Notes: generated by a model from the sequence alone, not told the origin. A stretch of DNA of 64,000 nt from Alphaproteobacteria bacterium (GCA_965248835.1 CBDFLJ010000002.1:704001-768000), one strand, 5' to 3'. Counted from the first letter of the stretch, positions 22,769 through 34,004 are shown. Made by a program: numbers and translations.

Positions 22769-23623
22769 ATGTACGAAGTCTCGCTCCTGACCGTCATGAG
22801 CTTCAGCGTCATCTTCGCGCTGAGCCTAAACCTGATCACCGGCTTCTGCGGTCAGATCAGTCTGGGTCACGCAGCCTTTTTCGGCCTCGGCGCCTATGCG
22901 ACCGCCTTGTTCACGACCAACGGCGGGTCGTTCTGGCTGGGTCTTCCAATCGCCGCGGCGGTGGCCGGTTTTTTCGGGTTCATCGTCGGTTTCGCCTCGC
23001 TCCGCGTCCGCCACGATTTTCTGGCGATCACGACCATGGGCGTTGGCTTCCTGTTCACCGGTTTCGTGCGGCAACAGGAGTTTCTGGGCGGCGAGGAAGG
23101 AATTGCCGGGATCCCGGACCCCGGCCTGGGCCAGGTCGGCTACATGCTGCTTTGCGCCGGCTTCGCCGCCTGCGTCATCGGCTTCAGCCTCTACCTCAAA
23201 AGGTCCTGGATGGGGCACGTTTTTGACGCTATCGCGGCCGATGAGGACACGGCTCGGACAATCGGTATCGACGTTGCGCGCTACAAGCTGACCGCCTTCG
23301 TGTTCGGCACCGGGCTTGCCGGCCTCGCCGGGGCATTGTTCGCCCACTACGTCAAGTTCGTCGAGGTCGAGAGTTTCGATTTCATCGAGTCGCTCTCCGT
23401 TCTGGCCATGGTCATCGTCGGCGGCATCGGATCGGTCTGGGGCATCGTGGTGGCGGCAGCTTTCTTGAGCGTGTCGCCGCTCCTTCTCCAGGTTTTCGCA
23501 GACTACAAGCTGCTGATCTACGGCGTGCTGCTGTTCGTCGTCATGCGGTTTGCGCCGGGCGGCATCGACAGCCTGATGCGCGTCCTGTGGCGGCAGGCGT
23601 TCGGCAAACGTCCGGCGGTGTAA
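22769..23623 (+). CDS. livM: LIV-type ABC permease
   Basis: GQISLGHAAFFGLGAY and MVIVGGIGS motifs. Confidence 0.88.
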   Translation: MYEVSLLTVMSFSVIFALSLNLITGFCGQISLGHAAFFGLGAYATALFTTNGGSFWLGLPIAAAVAGFFGFIVGFASLRVRHDFLAITTMGVGFLFTGFVRQQEFLGGEEGIAGIPDPGLGQVGYMLLCAGFAACVIGFSLYLKRSWMGHVFDAIAADEDTARTIGIDVARYKLTAFVFGTGLAGLAGALFAHYVKFVEVESFDFIESLSVLAMVIVGGIGSVWGIVVAAAFLSVSPLLLQVFADYKLLIYGVLLFVVMRFAPGGIDSLMRVLWRQAFGKRPAV

Positions 23624-23627
23624 GGCG

Positions 23628-24401
23628 GTGGTAACCGACGCGCTCCTCACCGTATCCGGCGTCTCGGTGCGCTTCGGCGGAGTCAATGCGCTGAGCGACG
23701 TCAGCTTTCGGGTTCCCGAAGGCTGTCTGCTGGGGCTGATCGGTCCGAACGGCGCCGGCAAAACGACGATGATGCGCGCGATTACCGGCATGGTCCGGCC
23801 GCAGTCCGGCAGCATCGTTCTGGATGGCGCGGAGATTTCCCGGCTGCCGACGCATCGCCGGGTGCGCATGGGGCTGGGCCTGTCCCAGCAAATTGTTCGT
23901 CCGTTCGCCAGCATGACGACGGTCGAGAATGTCGTGCTGGCCGCCGGATATGTCAGGACCCGGCAACCGCTCAAGGCGCTTGCCGCCGTCGCCCGGCAGG
24001 CGGAGCGGGAACGCGCGTGCGCCTTGCTGGATCTGGTCGGCATCGCCGATGCCGCGGAGGCGTTCCCGGCCGAACTGCCGCTCGGCCATCTCAAGCGGCT
24101 GGAGGTGGCGCGGGCGCTTGCCCTCGACTCGAAGGTGCTGCTGTTGGACGAACCGCTGGCCGGCCTGAACGGCTTCGAGGCCACCCGGCTGGCCGACACG
24201 ATCGTTGCGTTGAACCGCGAGGGAACCACCGTGGTTCTGATCGAACACAATCTGGGCGAGGTCATGCGCGTTTGCCGGCACCTCGTGGTTCTGGACAACG
24301 GCAGAAAGATCGGCGACGGCGACCCGGCGGTCGTTATGGCCGATCCGGCGGTGCGCGATGCCTATCTCGGCGCGGCGGAGGCGGGCGATGTTGCGACTTG
24401 A
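23628..24401 (+). CDS. livG: LIV-type ABC ATPase
   Basis: GPNGAGKTT, LLLDEP and AYLG. Confidence 0.9.
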   Translation: MVTDALLTVSGVSVRFGGVNALSDVSFRVPEGCLLGLIGPNGAGKTTMMRAITGMVRPQSGSIVLDGAEISRLPTHRRVRMGLGLSQQIVRPFASMTTVENVVLAAGYVRTRQPLKALAAVARQAERERACALLDLVGIADAAEAFPAELPLGHLKRLEVARALALDSKVLLLDEPLAGLNGFEATRLADTIVALNREGTTVVLIEHNLGEVMRVCRHLVVLDNGRKIGDGDPAVVMADPAVRDAYLGAAEAGDVAT

Positions 24402-25095
24402 TCGCCTGAGCTGCGGCTATGGCCCTTTCCGGGCGGTCACCGACCTCAGCTTCGAGATCGCCGATGGAACGGTACTGGCGTTGATCGGCGCCAACGGTGC
24501 GGGCAAATCGTCGACGCTGATGACGATTGCCGGCCATGTCGCCGTGATGGGCGGGACGGTGGTGTTCCACGGCGAAGACATTACCGCCGAACCGGCGCGC
24601 GCGCGGGTCGGGCGCGGCATTGCCCTTGCGCCGGAAGGAAGGCGCCTGTTCCCGGATCTGACCGTGCGGGAGAATCTGACCGTCGGCGGTTACAGCCGGC
24701 CCCGGCAGGCGGAAGCGCGCAATGTCGAGCGGGTTCTGGCGCTGTTCCCCCGGCTGGAAGGGCGGCTCCGGCAACTGGCCGGGTCGATGTCCGGCGGCGA
24801 ACAGCAGATGCTGGCGATCGGCCGCGCCCTGATGGCGGAGCCGCGGCTGCTGATGATCGACGAAGTCTCTCTTGGCCTCATGCCGACCGTGATCGACATG
24901 TGCTATGAGGCGCTGGGCCGGTTGCGCGACGAAGGGCTTGCCATTTTGCTGGTCGAACAAAACACGCAGCGCGCCTTCGACATTGCCGATTCCGTGTGCG
25001 TCCTCGAATCCGGCCGGGCCGTCTGGAGCGGTACGGCCGAAGCCGCACGCAACGATCCGGCGCTGGTGGAAGCCTATCTGGGATTGGCGGGATGA
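24388..25095 (+). CDS. livF: LIV-type ABC ATPase
   Basis: GANGAGKSS, MSGGEQQMLAIGRAL and LLVEQN. Confidence 0.9.
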   Translation: MLRLDRLSCGYGPFRAVTDLSFEIADGTVLALIGANGAGKSSTLMTIAGHVAVMGGTVVFHGEDITAEPARARVGRGIALAPEGRRLFPDLTVRENLTVGGYSRPRQAEARNVERVLALFPRLEGRLRQLAGSMSGGEQQMLAIGRALMAEPRLLMIDEVSLGLMPTVIDMCYEALGRLRDEGLAILLVEQNTQRAFDIADSVCVLESGRAVWSGTAEAARNDPALVEAYLGLAG

Positions 25096-25871
25096 ACGGA
25101 TCGGCCCCCACACTGCCTTTCGATGCGGCCGATCGGACGCCGCTCTACCAACAGGTCAAGGACTATGTCCGCCGGTCCATCCTGACCGGCGCCTGGCCGG
25201 TCGATCACCGCATTCCTTCGGAGAACGAACTCGTCGGAATGTCCGGCGCCAGCCGGATGACGGTGCACCGCGCCCTGCGCGAGCTCAAGGATGACGGGTG
25301 GCTCCGCCGCGTGCAGGGCCAGGGGACGTTCGTTGCCGACCGGCGCGCGCGGCTCGACCTGCTCGAGATCCGCAACATCGCGGACGTCATCCGCTGCCGC
25401 GGCGCCTATAGCTGCGACGTCATCGTGCATGAAAGCGCCCGGCCGCCGGACGCGATTGCCGACCGGCTCGGCATGGATGCGCAGGCCGATCTGTTCCACA
25501 GCCGGCTGGTCCACCGGCTGGACGGCGCCCCGTTTCAACTGGAAGACCGGTGGGTCAATCCCGCCGTTGCGCCGGACTATCTCGGGGTCGATCTCTCGCG
25601 TCAGACGCCGAACGAATATCTCATGCGCGCCGCACCTCTCAGCGACGTCGAGCATCGTCTCGAAGCCGTCTTGCCCGGCCCGATGGAACGCAAGCTGCTG
25701 GGCATCGACCGTCATCAGCCCTGCCTGCTGCTGCACCGCCGCACCTGGTCCCGCGGTATGGTCGCGTCGCGCGCCTGGCTCACCCACCCGGGCGACCGGT
25801 TCTACCTGTCAACCCGCTTCGCGCATGACGAACGCCTGCCGCGACGCCCTCGATCGGAGCAGCCGCTATGA
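25092..25871 (+). CDS. hutC: Histidine utilization repressor (GntR/UTRA)
   Basis: IPSENEL...[12 protein letters not shown]...QGQGTFV and QTPNEYL; directly precedes hutU. Confidence 0.9.
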   Translation: MNGSAPTLPFDAADRTPLYQQVKDYVRRSILTGAWPVDHRIPSENELVGMSGASRMTVHRALRELKDDGWLRRVQGQGTFVADRRARLDLLEIRNIADVIRCRGAYSCDVIVHESARPPDAIADRLGMDAQADLFHSRLVHRLDGAPFQLEDRWVNPAVAPDYLGVDLSRQTPNEYLMRAAPLSDVEHRLEAVLPGPMERKLLGIDRHQPCLLLHRRTWSRGMVASRAWLTHPGDRFYLSTRFAHDERLPRRPRSEQPL

Positions 25872-27556
25872 CCTCTCGCCCGGCGGGGAGCACCCGCCTC
25901 GACAACAGCCGTGAAATCCGTGCGCCGCACGGCACCGAATTGAGCTGCAAGAGCTGGTTGACCGAAGCGCCGATGCGCATGCTCATGAACAATCTGGACG
26001 CTCAGGTCGCCGAGAAACCGCACGAGCTGGTGGTCTATGGCGGCATCGGCCGGGCGGCGCGCAACTGGGATTGTTACGACCGCATCGTGGCCGCGCTTCG
26101 GGCACTCGAGGCCGACGAAACCCTGCTGGTCCAGTCGGGCAAGCCGGTCGGCGTGTTCCGGACCCATGCCGATGCGCCCCGGGTGCTGATCGCCAACTCC
26201 AACATCGTGCCGCATTGGGCGACCCTGGAGAAATTCAACGAACTCGATCGTCTGGGCCTGATGATGTACGGCCAGATGACGGCGGGGTCGTGGATCTATA
26301 TCGGCAGCCAGGGGATCGTTCAGGGCACCTACGAAACCTTCGTCGAAGTCGGCCGGCGGCACTATGGCGGCGACCTTTCCGGCCGCTGGATCCTGACCGG
26401 CGGCCTGGGCGGCATGGGCGGCGCCCAGCCGCTGGCGGCGACCATGGCCGGCGCGTCCTTGCTGGCGGTCGAGTGTCAGCCGAGCCGGATCGAGATGCGG
26501 CTGAAATCCGGCTATCTCGACCGGCAGTCGACCGATCTGGACGAGGCATTGGCGATCGTCGGGGACGCCTGCGCCAGCAAGACGCCGGTGTCGGTGGGCC
26601 TGCTGGGCAATGCCGCCGAAATCTACCCGGAACTGTTAAAGCGCGGCGTGCGGCCGGACGCCGTGACCGATCAGACGAGCGCCCACGATCCGCTCAACGG
26701 CTACCTGCCGGCGGGCTGGTCGCTGGCCGAATGGGACGAAAGGCGGGAAAAGGACCCCGCGGGGACCATGAAGGCCGCCAAGCAATCCATGGCCGTCCAG
26801 GTCCGCGCCATGCTGGACTTCTGGGCGCAGGGGGTGCCGACCCTCGATTACGGCAACAATATCCGCCAGATGGCGCAGGAAATGGGCGTCGACAACGCCT
26901 TCGACTTCCCGGGCTTCGTGCCGGCCTATATCCGCCCGCTTTTCTGCCGGGGAGTCGGGCCGTTCCGGTGGGCGGCGCTGTCCGGCGATCCGGAGGACAT
27001 CTACCGGACCGACGAGAAGGTGAAGGCGCTGATCCCGAACAACCCGCAGCTGCATAACTGGCTCGACATGGCGCGGCAGCGCATCCGGTTTCAGGGCCTG
27101 CCGGCGCGCATCTGCTGGGTTGGCCTGGGCGATCGGCACCGCCTCGGCCTGGCGTTCAACGCGATGGTGGCGAAAGGTGAGCTGAAGGCGCCGGTGGTGA
27201 TCGGCCGGGATCATCTGGACAGCGGCTCGGTCGCCAGCCCGAACCGGGAGACCGAAGGCATGATCGACGGCTCGGACGCGGTGTCAGACTGGCCGTTGCT
27301 GAACGCGTTGCTCAACGCGTCTTCCGGCGCCACCTGGGTCAGCCTGCACCATGGCGGCGGCGTCGGGATCGGCTTTTCGCAGCACGCCGGCATGGTGATC
27401 GTCTGCGACGGCACGGACGAGGCGGCGGCGCGCATCGAGCGGGTGTTGTGGAATGATCCGGCAAGCGGCGTCATGCGCCATGCCGATGCCGGCTACGATG
27501 ATGCCGTGGCCTGCGCCCGCGAGCACGACTTGAACCTGCCGTTTCTAGACGGTTGA
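25868..27556 (+). CDS. hutU: Urocanate hydratase
   Basis: [33 protein letters not shown] and [18 protein letters not shown]. Confidence 0.97.
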   Translation: MTSRPAGSTRLDNSREIRAPHGTELSCKSWLTEAPMRMLMNNLDAQVAEKPHELVVYGGIGRAARNWDCYDRIVAALRALEADETLLVQSGKPVGVFRTHADAPRVLIANSNIVPHWATLEKFNELDRLGLMMYGQMTAGSWIYIGSQGIVQGTYETFVEVGRRHYGGDLSGRWILTGGLGGMGGAQPLAATMAGASLLAVECQPSRIEMRLKSGYLDRQSTDLDEALAIVGDACASKTPVSVGLLGNAAEIYPELLKRGVRPDAVTDQTSAHDPLNGYLPAGWSLAEWDERREKDPAGTMKAAKQSMAVQVRAMLDFWAQGVPTLDYGNNIRQMAQEMGVDNAFDFPGFVPAYIRPLFCRGVGPFRWAALSGDPEDIYRTDEKVKALIPNNPQLHNWLDMARQRIRFQGLPARICWVGLGDRHRLGLAFNAMVAKGELKAPVVIGRDHLDSGSVASPNRETEGMIDGSDAVSDWPLLNALLNASSGATWVSLHHGGGVGIGFSQHAGMVIVCDGTDEAAARIERVLWNDPASGVMRHADAGYDDAVACAREHDLNLPFLDG

Positions 27557-27769
27557 GGTGCTCCCGCCGCATCACGGCGGCGCCCCGGCGGATGACGGGC
27601 GCCAGATAACGCCGGCAAACGCAAGATCACCTACGGAGCTGCTGCGCGGACTCATTCGGACCCTGTTCCCACATGCGCGACGGATCGTCATATTTCAATG
27701 GTTTGGGCGGTATCGCGCGAATCTCTATCGCATGTGTCTATTGTGTGTCTGTGCACGACGGAGGACGAC

Positions 27770-28438
27770 ATGGCAGGACAAACGCAGAAAAGCGACGAAG
27801 AGTTTTTCGCCGAGAGAGGGTTCGGGCTCAAGATCGGCTTCGGCGAGCGGCCGGCACTGATCGTTATCGACATGTTGAAGGCGTTCACCGATCCGGACAG
27901 GATGCTGGGCGCAAACCTGGATGCGGAGATCGAGGCGATCCGGCCGCTGCTCGACGCCGCGCATGAACGCGGCATCCCGGTGATCTTCTCGACGGTGATC
28001 TACGAGGACGACGATCTCAAGGACGCCGGCATCTGGGCGCTCAAGCAGAAGGGCGTCGTCACGCTGAAGGCCGACACCGACGGCGTCGAGGTCGATTCAC
28101 GGCTCGATTTCCGACCGGGCGACACCCTGCTGGTCAAGAAGTACGCCTCCTGCTTCTACGGCACCGACATCGTCTCGCGGCTGATGGCGCATGGCGTTGA
28201 TACGCTGATCGTCACCGGCTGCACCACGTCGGGCTGCGTGCGCGCGACCGCCGTCGATGCGTGCCAGGTGGGGTTCCGGCCCATGGTCGTCCGCGAGGCG
28301 GTCGGCGACCGCTCGCAGTCGGCGCACGACCAGAGCCTGTTCGATCTCAACGCGAAATACGCCGACGTGATCTCGCTCGACGAGGCGCTGCAATACCTCG
28401 CGACGGTGGGTCACAACCGGCCGGCGGCATCGGAATAG
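27770..28438 (+). CDS. Isochorismatase-family amidohydrolase (N-carbamoylsarcosine/maleamate amidase-like)
   Basis: ALIVID, KKYASCF and GCTTSGCVRATAVD; GGAGG RBS. Confidence 0.9.
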   Translation: MAGQTQKSDEEFFAERGFGLKIGFGERPALIVIDMLKAFTDPDRMLGANLDAEIEAIRPLLDAAHERGIPVIFSTVIYEDDDLKDAGIWALKQKGVVTLKADTDGVEVDSRLDFRPGDTLLVKKYASCFYGTDIVSRLMAHGVDTLIVTGCTTSGCVRATAVDACQVGFRPMVVREAVGDRSQSAHDQSLFDLNAKYADVISLDEALQYLATVGHNRPAASE

Positions 28439-28596
28439 GCCCGCCGGGTCGACCCGGTCGGGCAAGCCGGCGCGCGATTATTCGGACGGGCGCCGGCGTC
28501 GGGATCGGCGTTCCTCTCCGCGGGTGCCTGTCTCGCGCTCATGGCGCGCGAACGCGACGACCGGAGGCAGAGACGGAAGCGATGCCGGGACAGGCT

Positions 28597-29895
28597 TCAT
28601 AGAACCTCGACCCATGTCTTCATGCCCGACGCCTGGTGCGCGAGGGTATGGCAGTGCAAGAGCCATTTGCCGGGGTTGTCGAACACGCAGAGGATGTCCC
28701 GGCTCTGCCGCGGGTTGACCAGCGTCGTGTCCCGGTAGTGACCGAGGGAACCGTCGTCCCGGATTTCGTGGAAGTGGTGGCCGTGAAGATGGATGCCGTG
28801 CGGGAAGGCGGTGTCGTTCCGCATGGTGATCCGCGCGGTCTCGCCGCGGGCGAAGCGATGCCAGGGCGCGTCGGGCAGGCCGGAACGATCGTTGAGGGCC
28901 CAGAAGTCGTTGCCCCCGTGCCGCCCGCCCATCGCGCCGCCCTGCATGACCAGACTCAGGCGGGTCGCCCCGCCCCGGTCCGGTGTCGGGATGTCCGGGC
29001 GCGGAAGGGGCGCGATCGGGGTGTCGATGGGCGCCGGGTTCCGGCCCTTCGCCGCGATCGTCCCGAGTTCGTAGGGATCGCCGCGGGTCAGGAGGGAAAA
29101 CGACACCGGTCCGGTCACGTCGAGGATGACGTCGGTCCGCTGGGCGGGGGCGAGCATCGCCTCTCCGAGCGGCTGCGGCTTCCTCAGCGGCATGCCGTCA
29201 TGGGCCACGACCCGCCCGGCTCCTTGGTCGATCTTCACGCGGAATGTCCTTGCGGTTGCGGTATTGATCAGCCGCAGGCGAACCCGGTCGCCGAGCCGGA
29301 CGGTATCGGGCGAGAACAACGCCCGGGCGAAATTTCCGAGCCGCCCCGCGTGGGAAAAGTCGTGGCGGTTGCCGAACCCGCCGCGCATCTCTCCCGTCCT
29401 GGACAGGCGCCAATCGTCCAGAACGACCGTGATGTCGCGGTCGATTCGGGGCGGGTTGCGTTCCTCGACGATCAACGGGCCGTACAGCCCCTTGGCCACC
29501 TGCTCCCAGGACCGGTGGTGGGCGTGGTACCAGTAGGTTCCGGCGTGGGGCACGACGAAGGCGTAGTCGAAGGTCTCGCCGGGTTCGACCACCGCCTGCG
29601 TAAGGCCCGGCACACCGTCCATCGCGTTGTCGAGGTGGATGCCGTGCCAGTGGATGGCGGAGCCCTGGTCGATTCCGTTCTCGAACGCAACCGATATCCG
29701 ATCGCCCTGGCGGGCGCGGATTTCTGGTCCCGGTGTCAGTCCGTTGAACCCGAGCATCCGCGCAACGCCGTCGCCGTCGGGCAGTAGGCGGGCGGTGACG
29801 GGGCCGGCCCTCAACTTCATAGCCGGTCCCGCCCGGCCGATTGCCGGGGCGAGGGCCATTGCGGTCGAGGTCATGAGAAACGTTCGTCGATCCAT
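28597..29895 (-). CDS. Tat-exported multicopper oxidase
   Basis: MDRRTFL signal; HWHG, WYHAH, HGIHLHGHHF and HCHTLAH copper motifs. Confidence 0.93.
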   Translation of the reverse strand: MDRRTFLMTSTAMALAPAIGRAGPAMKLRAGPVTARLLPDGDGVARMLGFNGLTPGPEIRARQGDRISVAFENGIDQGSAIHWHGIHLDNAMDGVPGLTQAVVEPGETFDYAFVVPHAGTYWYHAHHRSWEQVAKGLYGPLIVEERNPPRIDRDITVVLDDWRLSRTGEMRGGFGNRHDFSHAGRLGNFARALFSPDTVRLGDRVRLRLINTATARTFRVKIDQGAGRVVAHDGMPLRKPQPLGEAMLAPAQRTDVILDVTGPVSFSLLTRGDPYELGTIAAKGRNPAPIDTPIAPLPRPDIPTPDRGGATRLSLVMQGGAMGGRHGGNDFWALNDRSGLPDAPWHRFARGETARITMRNDTAFPHGIHLHGHHFHEIRDDGSLGHYRDTTLVNPRQSRDILCVFDNPGKWLLHCHTLAHQASGMKTWVEVL

Positions 29896-30091
29896 GGAAC
29901 ACCTCGGAACGGCAAACCCGGCATGCTCGTCAGCGTGCCACCATAGCCGGTTGCGGCCGGGGCTGAAACATCCCTGACCAGGCCGCGGCGAGGCGCCGGA
30001 GACTAGCGCCGCAGGCGGTGATGCGAACGACGATAACGCCCTGTCGGTCGCGCCGAAAAATGCCGGAGCCCCTTTGTCGCTTGCCTTGAAG

Positions 30092-30138
30092 CGGTGGTGA
30101 CGGACGGTTGGCGCCTTGACGACCGTCCGTCACCACCG
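30092..30138. repeat. Inverted repeat, 17-bp arms and 13-nt loop
   Basis: CGGTGGTGACGGACGGT and ACCGTCCGTCACCACCG. Confidence 0.85.
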
Positions 30139-31410
30139 AGACCGACATTCCCTGCGCAGGAGTGTCGGTCCTGTTGGTTCTGGCGCCGCCGGCAGCCCAT
30201 TCGAGGATGGTTCCGAGATCGCCGTGGAGCGTGGCGTTCATCTCGCCGCGCTTCGCGCCAGGGGTAAGCACGATGCGCTCGATCAGCCCCCGGATGGCGG
30301 ATGCCGCCTCGTCGCGGTCGCGAGGATCGGCGAGGGCTTCGGCAAGGCGCTCCACCTTGCGCCGGTAGATGTCGGCGATCCGGGGGTGGATGTCCGAGAG
30401 GTCGGCCGGGACGGCGGAGAGGCGTGCGTTGAGTTCGTCCTGTCTCGCTTCGAGATCGCGCAGCCGGTCCATCATGCCGCGCACATAGCCGCCGTCCTCG
30501 ATGACGGCGATCGCAGTGGCGTATTTCTCCGACAGTTCCCCCTGCCGGGCCTTCGCGGCCTGCCAGAGTTCGTCGTCCACGATGCGCAGTTCCGGAACCT
30601 CGGTCACGATCCAGTCCTCAGTCGGGTTGATCCGCGCCACCCGCCGCCCGGTCTCTGGGTTCTTCACGAAGCGCTGCCGGTTCCACACCAGCCGGCCGAT
30701 ATAGAGTTCGTTATTGATGAGGCCCGTTCTCCGCTTGGCTTGGCCGCGAAGGGCGGAGTCGGTCCAGAGTTTCCCGGAGGGACCGGGGATGCCGTCCTTG
30801 TTCAGCCGCCGTGCGATGGCGCGCGGGCTGGCGCCGGAGGCAAACTCCCGGAATATCTGACGCACGATCTCCGCTTCGGTCTCATTGATCCGCCGCTCGC
30901 CCCGGATGAGCTCGCCGGCGGCATCGACCGCCTCCACCACGTCGTAACCGTAGCAAAGCCCACCGCCCGACTTGCCCTTCTCCACCCGGCCTCTGAGACC
31001 CCGGTGCGTCTTCGCCGCGAGGTCCTTCAGGAACAGCGCGTTCATGGTGCCTTTGAGCCCGACGTGAAGCTCGCTGATCTCGCCCTCGGCGAGCGTCAGG
31101 ATACCAACGCCCGCGAAGCGCAAATGCTTGTAGAGCGCCGCCACGTCTGCCTGGTCGCGGCTCACCCGGTCCAGCGCCTCGCGGCGGCCAAGACCTCGAA
31201 CCGGCCCCGCCTTGCGTCCTCCAGCAGCATCTGGATGCCGGGGCGCAGGATCACGCTGGCTCCCGACGCCGCCGAGTCGCGGTAGCACCCGGCAATGGAC
31301 CAGCCCTCGCGTTCGGCGTGCTCCTGGCAAACCCGGAACTGGTCCTCGATGGACGCCTGCCGTTGCAGGTCCGACGAATAGCGGGCATAGAGCGCGGCGC
31401 GCAGGGTCAT
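30130..31410 (-). pseudogene. Large serine recombinase, frameshifted and internally deleted
   Basis: ALYARYSSDLQ; frameshift near 31180 before EALDRVSRD; CYGY and YIGRLVWNR present; zinc-ribbon region absent. Confidence 0.88.
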
Positions 31411-31420
31411 CGGGGTTCTT

Positions 31421-31635
31421 CTATCTCTCGCCGGCCTCGCTCGCCGGCACATTGTCGTTGGCACATTGTCGTTGGCGGCGTCCTGCCGGGCGAATTGCTC
31501 GCGCGCGATGCGCCGCCCGGTCAGCCGCGCCAGCGTCATCACGGCGGCCTCGATCCGGGCTTCCGGCCCGCCGTTGTCGTTCGCGGCCGCGCGGCGCAAT
31601 CGCGTGCGCTCGCGGCCGTCCCCGTCTCTTCCCAT
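31421..31635 (-). pseudogene. Small AANDN-motif ORF upstream of the recombinase, disrupted by a 14-bp tandem duplication
   Basis: AANDN...LARLTGRRIARE...AANDN; GGCACATTGTCGTT is duplicated at about 31446-31473. Confidence 0.55.
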
Positions 31636-31805
31636 CGCTGCCGCGCTCCTGGAATATTCGTCCGTCAAGGGCGGATTTGAACCTGCGAGCAAGCGGTGTC
31701 AAACGGTTCGAATAGTGATTTTCACAGCAAAATCATAGACTTGAGAACGACCGCGCACCACTGGCGCGACAAGGGCAGACCCGCGTGCGATGAAAAAAAC
31801 TCTCA

Positions 31806-32234
31806 TCATCGCATCCTCGTATAGTCGGCCAGCGTCAAGACTGCCTCGCCATGCTCGGTCGGTGCGAGTGCATTGGCAAAACGAAGGTCCGCCGTCACCA
31901 CGGCCGCGCCGATTCGGTGCGCGAGCGCGAGATAGACGCAATCGTAAACCGGCCGGTCGAGCGCCAGCGCGATACGCACCGCGTCCGCGCAGACCGCCTC
32001 GTCGGCGCTCCAGCGCACCGGCATGTCCGGCACCGACGCCAGCATGGCGCCCGCGTCGCCGCGCTCGATCTCGCCCAGCCGCGCCTTGCGCCACAGCGCG
32101 TTGGCGATCTCGGATGCCATCAGGCGCGGCGCATGCAGGTCGTCGCCGCCCGCCGCCAGTTCACGAGCAATGTCGGAATCGTCTTCGGCGACCAGCCACT
32201 TGACCGCGACGCTGGCATCAACGACCAGCCGCAT
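31806..32234 (-). CDS. vapC: PIN-domain toxin
   Basis: LVVDASVAVKW, EIANALW, YDCVYLALA and VTAD. Confidence 0.9.
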   Translation of the reverse strand: MRLVVDASVAVKWLVAEDDSDIARELAAGGDDLHAPRLMASEIANALWRKARLGEIERGDAGAMLASVPDMPVRWSADEAVCADAVRIALALDRPVYDCVYLALAHRIGAAVVTADLRFANALAPTEHGEAVLTLADYTRMR

Positions 32235-32491
32235 CAGAGAACGCGATGACCGTGGTCGCGATCTTCGCGGATCAGCACTTCTGCCGGCGTATGTGTCCTG
32301 CCTTCGGTCTTTCTCCGCAGCCGATCCGACACCGCCAGGAACGTGGCGCGCCTGGCTGCCATGTCGTCTTCGGCGGCGCATTCCAGAATATGGCGCACCT
32401 CGCCTTCCAGGGATCGGTTGTTCAGCGAAGCACGCCTCTTGAGACGCCTTGCCACGCCGTCGTCGAGTTGCCGCACATTGATCGTCGCCAT
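32234..32491 (-). CDS. FitA-like ribbon-helix-helix antitoxin
   Basis: MATINVRQLDD...RSLEGEVRHIL...LIREDRD; coupled to vapC. Confidence 0.88.
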   Translation of the reverse strand: MATINVRQLDDGVARRLKRRASLNNRSLEGEVRHILECAAEDDMAARRATFLAVSDRLRRKTEGRTHTPAEVLIREDRDHGHRVL

Positions 32492-32749
32492 GGACTTGCC
32501 CCCAATAAGTCGCTATCAAATTGTTATCATGGCGTGGCGGAACAGGCAAGCATCGGCGCGCGAAAATCGGGCTCGCATTGTCGCCCGGCCGCTTCCTGTT
32601 CCGACGCCTGGAAGCCCCAACAGGTCGCGGGGCGCCGGTATCGATGCATCCTCCCGGAATCGATGTGGCGATGGAAAGGCGGGTTCTTTCGCTCGCCACG
32701 GCGCCATGGCGTTGTTATAGGATGACGCGAGCACAGGCGCGGAGCATTC

Positions 32750-33157
32750 ATGAAGACACTGACAGTGGCGCTGATGCTCGCTTTCCTGTCCATCGCCCCG
32801 GTGTTCGGCAAAGATACGGCGCCGGAAAAGCTCCGCGTCGGCGTCGATCCCGGATATCCGCCGTTCAGTCACATCGACGATGCGGGCCGTCTGAAAGGCT
32901 TCGACATCGACATCGCCCTGGCGCTCTGCGCGAGGTTGGAAGCCGAGTGCGCGTTCGTCCGCCAAGATTGGGAGGGACTGATTCCCGGACTACGGGCCAA
33001 GAAGTTCGACGCCATCGTCTCCAGCATGTCGATCACCGAGAAGCGACGGCGTCTGGTCGCCTTCACGGACCGGTACTTCAGCAACATCGTGCGGTTCGTC
33101 GCGCGCAAGGGCGCGGGCTTCGCTCCGGCCGCACCGGCGGGACGGCGCTCAAAATGA
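32750..33157 (+). pseudogene. Polar amino acid ABC substrate-binding protein, 3'-truncated
   Basis: YPPFS, GFDIDIA and FDAIVSSMSITEKR; only about half the normal length. Confidence 0.82.
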
Positions 33158-33491
33158 GCTTACCCAGCTCGCTGGATGGAAGAGACACAAGGGGAAAATG
33201 ATGCATGCCAAATGCATGAGAAAATCTTGGACAATTGGTCTCATAGGCTTCTTGACAAGATTTTTTGGGGAGGGATAGGAGTGCCCTATGCCTGTGTCGA
33301 GATAAATGGTAGTAATGTTATCAAGAATTACTTGAGAAATGGCTGCTCGTATACAGTTAATTTTACTTGGTGCTTTGGCAAGAATTGTATTCCTCCACCG
33401 GGCGGGAGCGGTCAAACAGCCCTGGTTCGTGTATTGGCCGATCGCCCGTCCTGACGGCACAGACAGGCTAGAACAGAGGAGAAGGCAAGCA

Positions 33492-34004
33492 ATGAAATCG
33501 ACCAGCTTCGCGATTGCGTTGATCGGCATGGCGTTTGCGGCCGCGGCGTCCGGAACCGCAAGCGCAGCCGACCACGTACGAGCCAAAATGATGAATGCCG
33601 ATGGAAAGAGCGTCGGCGAGGTTGCGCTTCGGCAGACCCCGCATGGCACGCTTCTGCACGCCAAGCTCAAAAACCTCCCGGCGGGCGTTCACGCGTACCA
33701 TGTCCATGCAATCGGCAGGTGCGAGCCGCCCTTCAAGTCCGCCGGCGGTCATTTCAATCCGATGGGTAAGATGCATGGCATCCTGAGCGCCGGAGGATTG
33801 CATGTCGGCGATATGCCCAATATCGCCGTGCCGGCGTCCGGAATGCTCGAAATCGAGGTCATGAACACCCGGTTGAAGCTCGATTCCTCTTTGTTTGACG
33901 ATGACGGGGCGGCGATTGTGATCCATGCGGGGGCCGATGACTACAAGTCGGACCCGGCCGGTGCCGCCGGTCCGCGCATCGCCTGCGGGGTCATCGCCCG
34001 ATAG
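33492..34004 (+). CDS. sodC: Periplasmic Cu/Zn superoxide dismutase
   Basis: Signal peptide; HAYHVH, GGHFNP, HVGDMPN, VIHAGADD and RIACGVI. Confidence 0.92.
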   Translation: MKSTSFAIALIGMAFAAAASGTASAADHVRAKMMNADGKSVGEVALRQTPHGTLLHAKLKNLPAGVHAYHVHAIGRCEPPFKSAGGHFNPMGKMHGILSAGGLHVGDMPNIAVPASGMLEIEVMNTRLKLDSSLFDDDGAAIVIHAGADDYKSDPAGAAGPRIACGVIAR

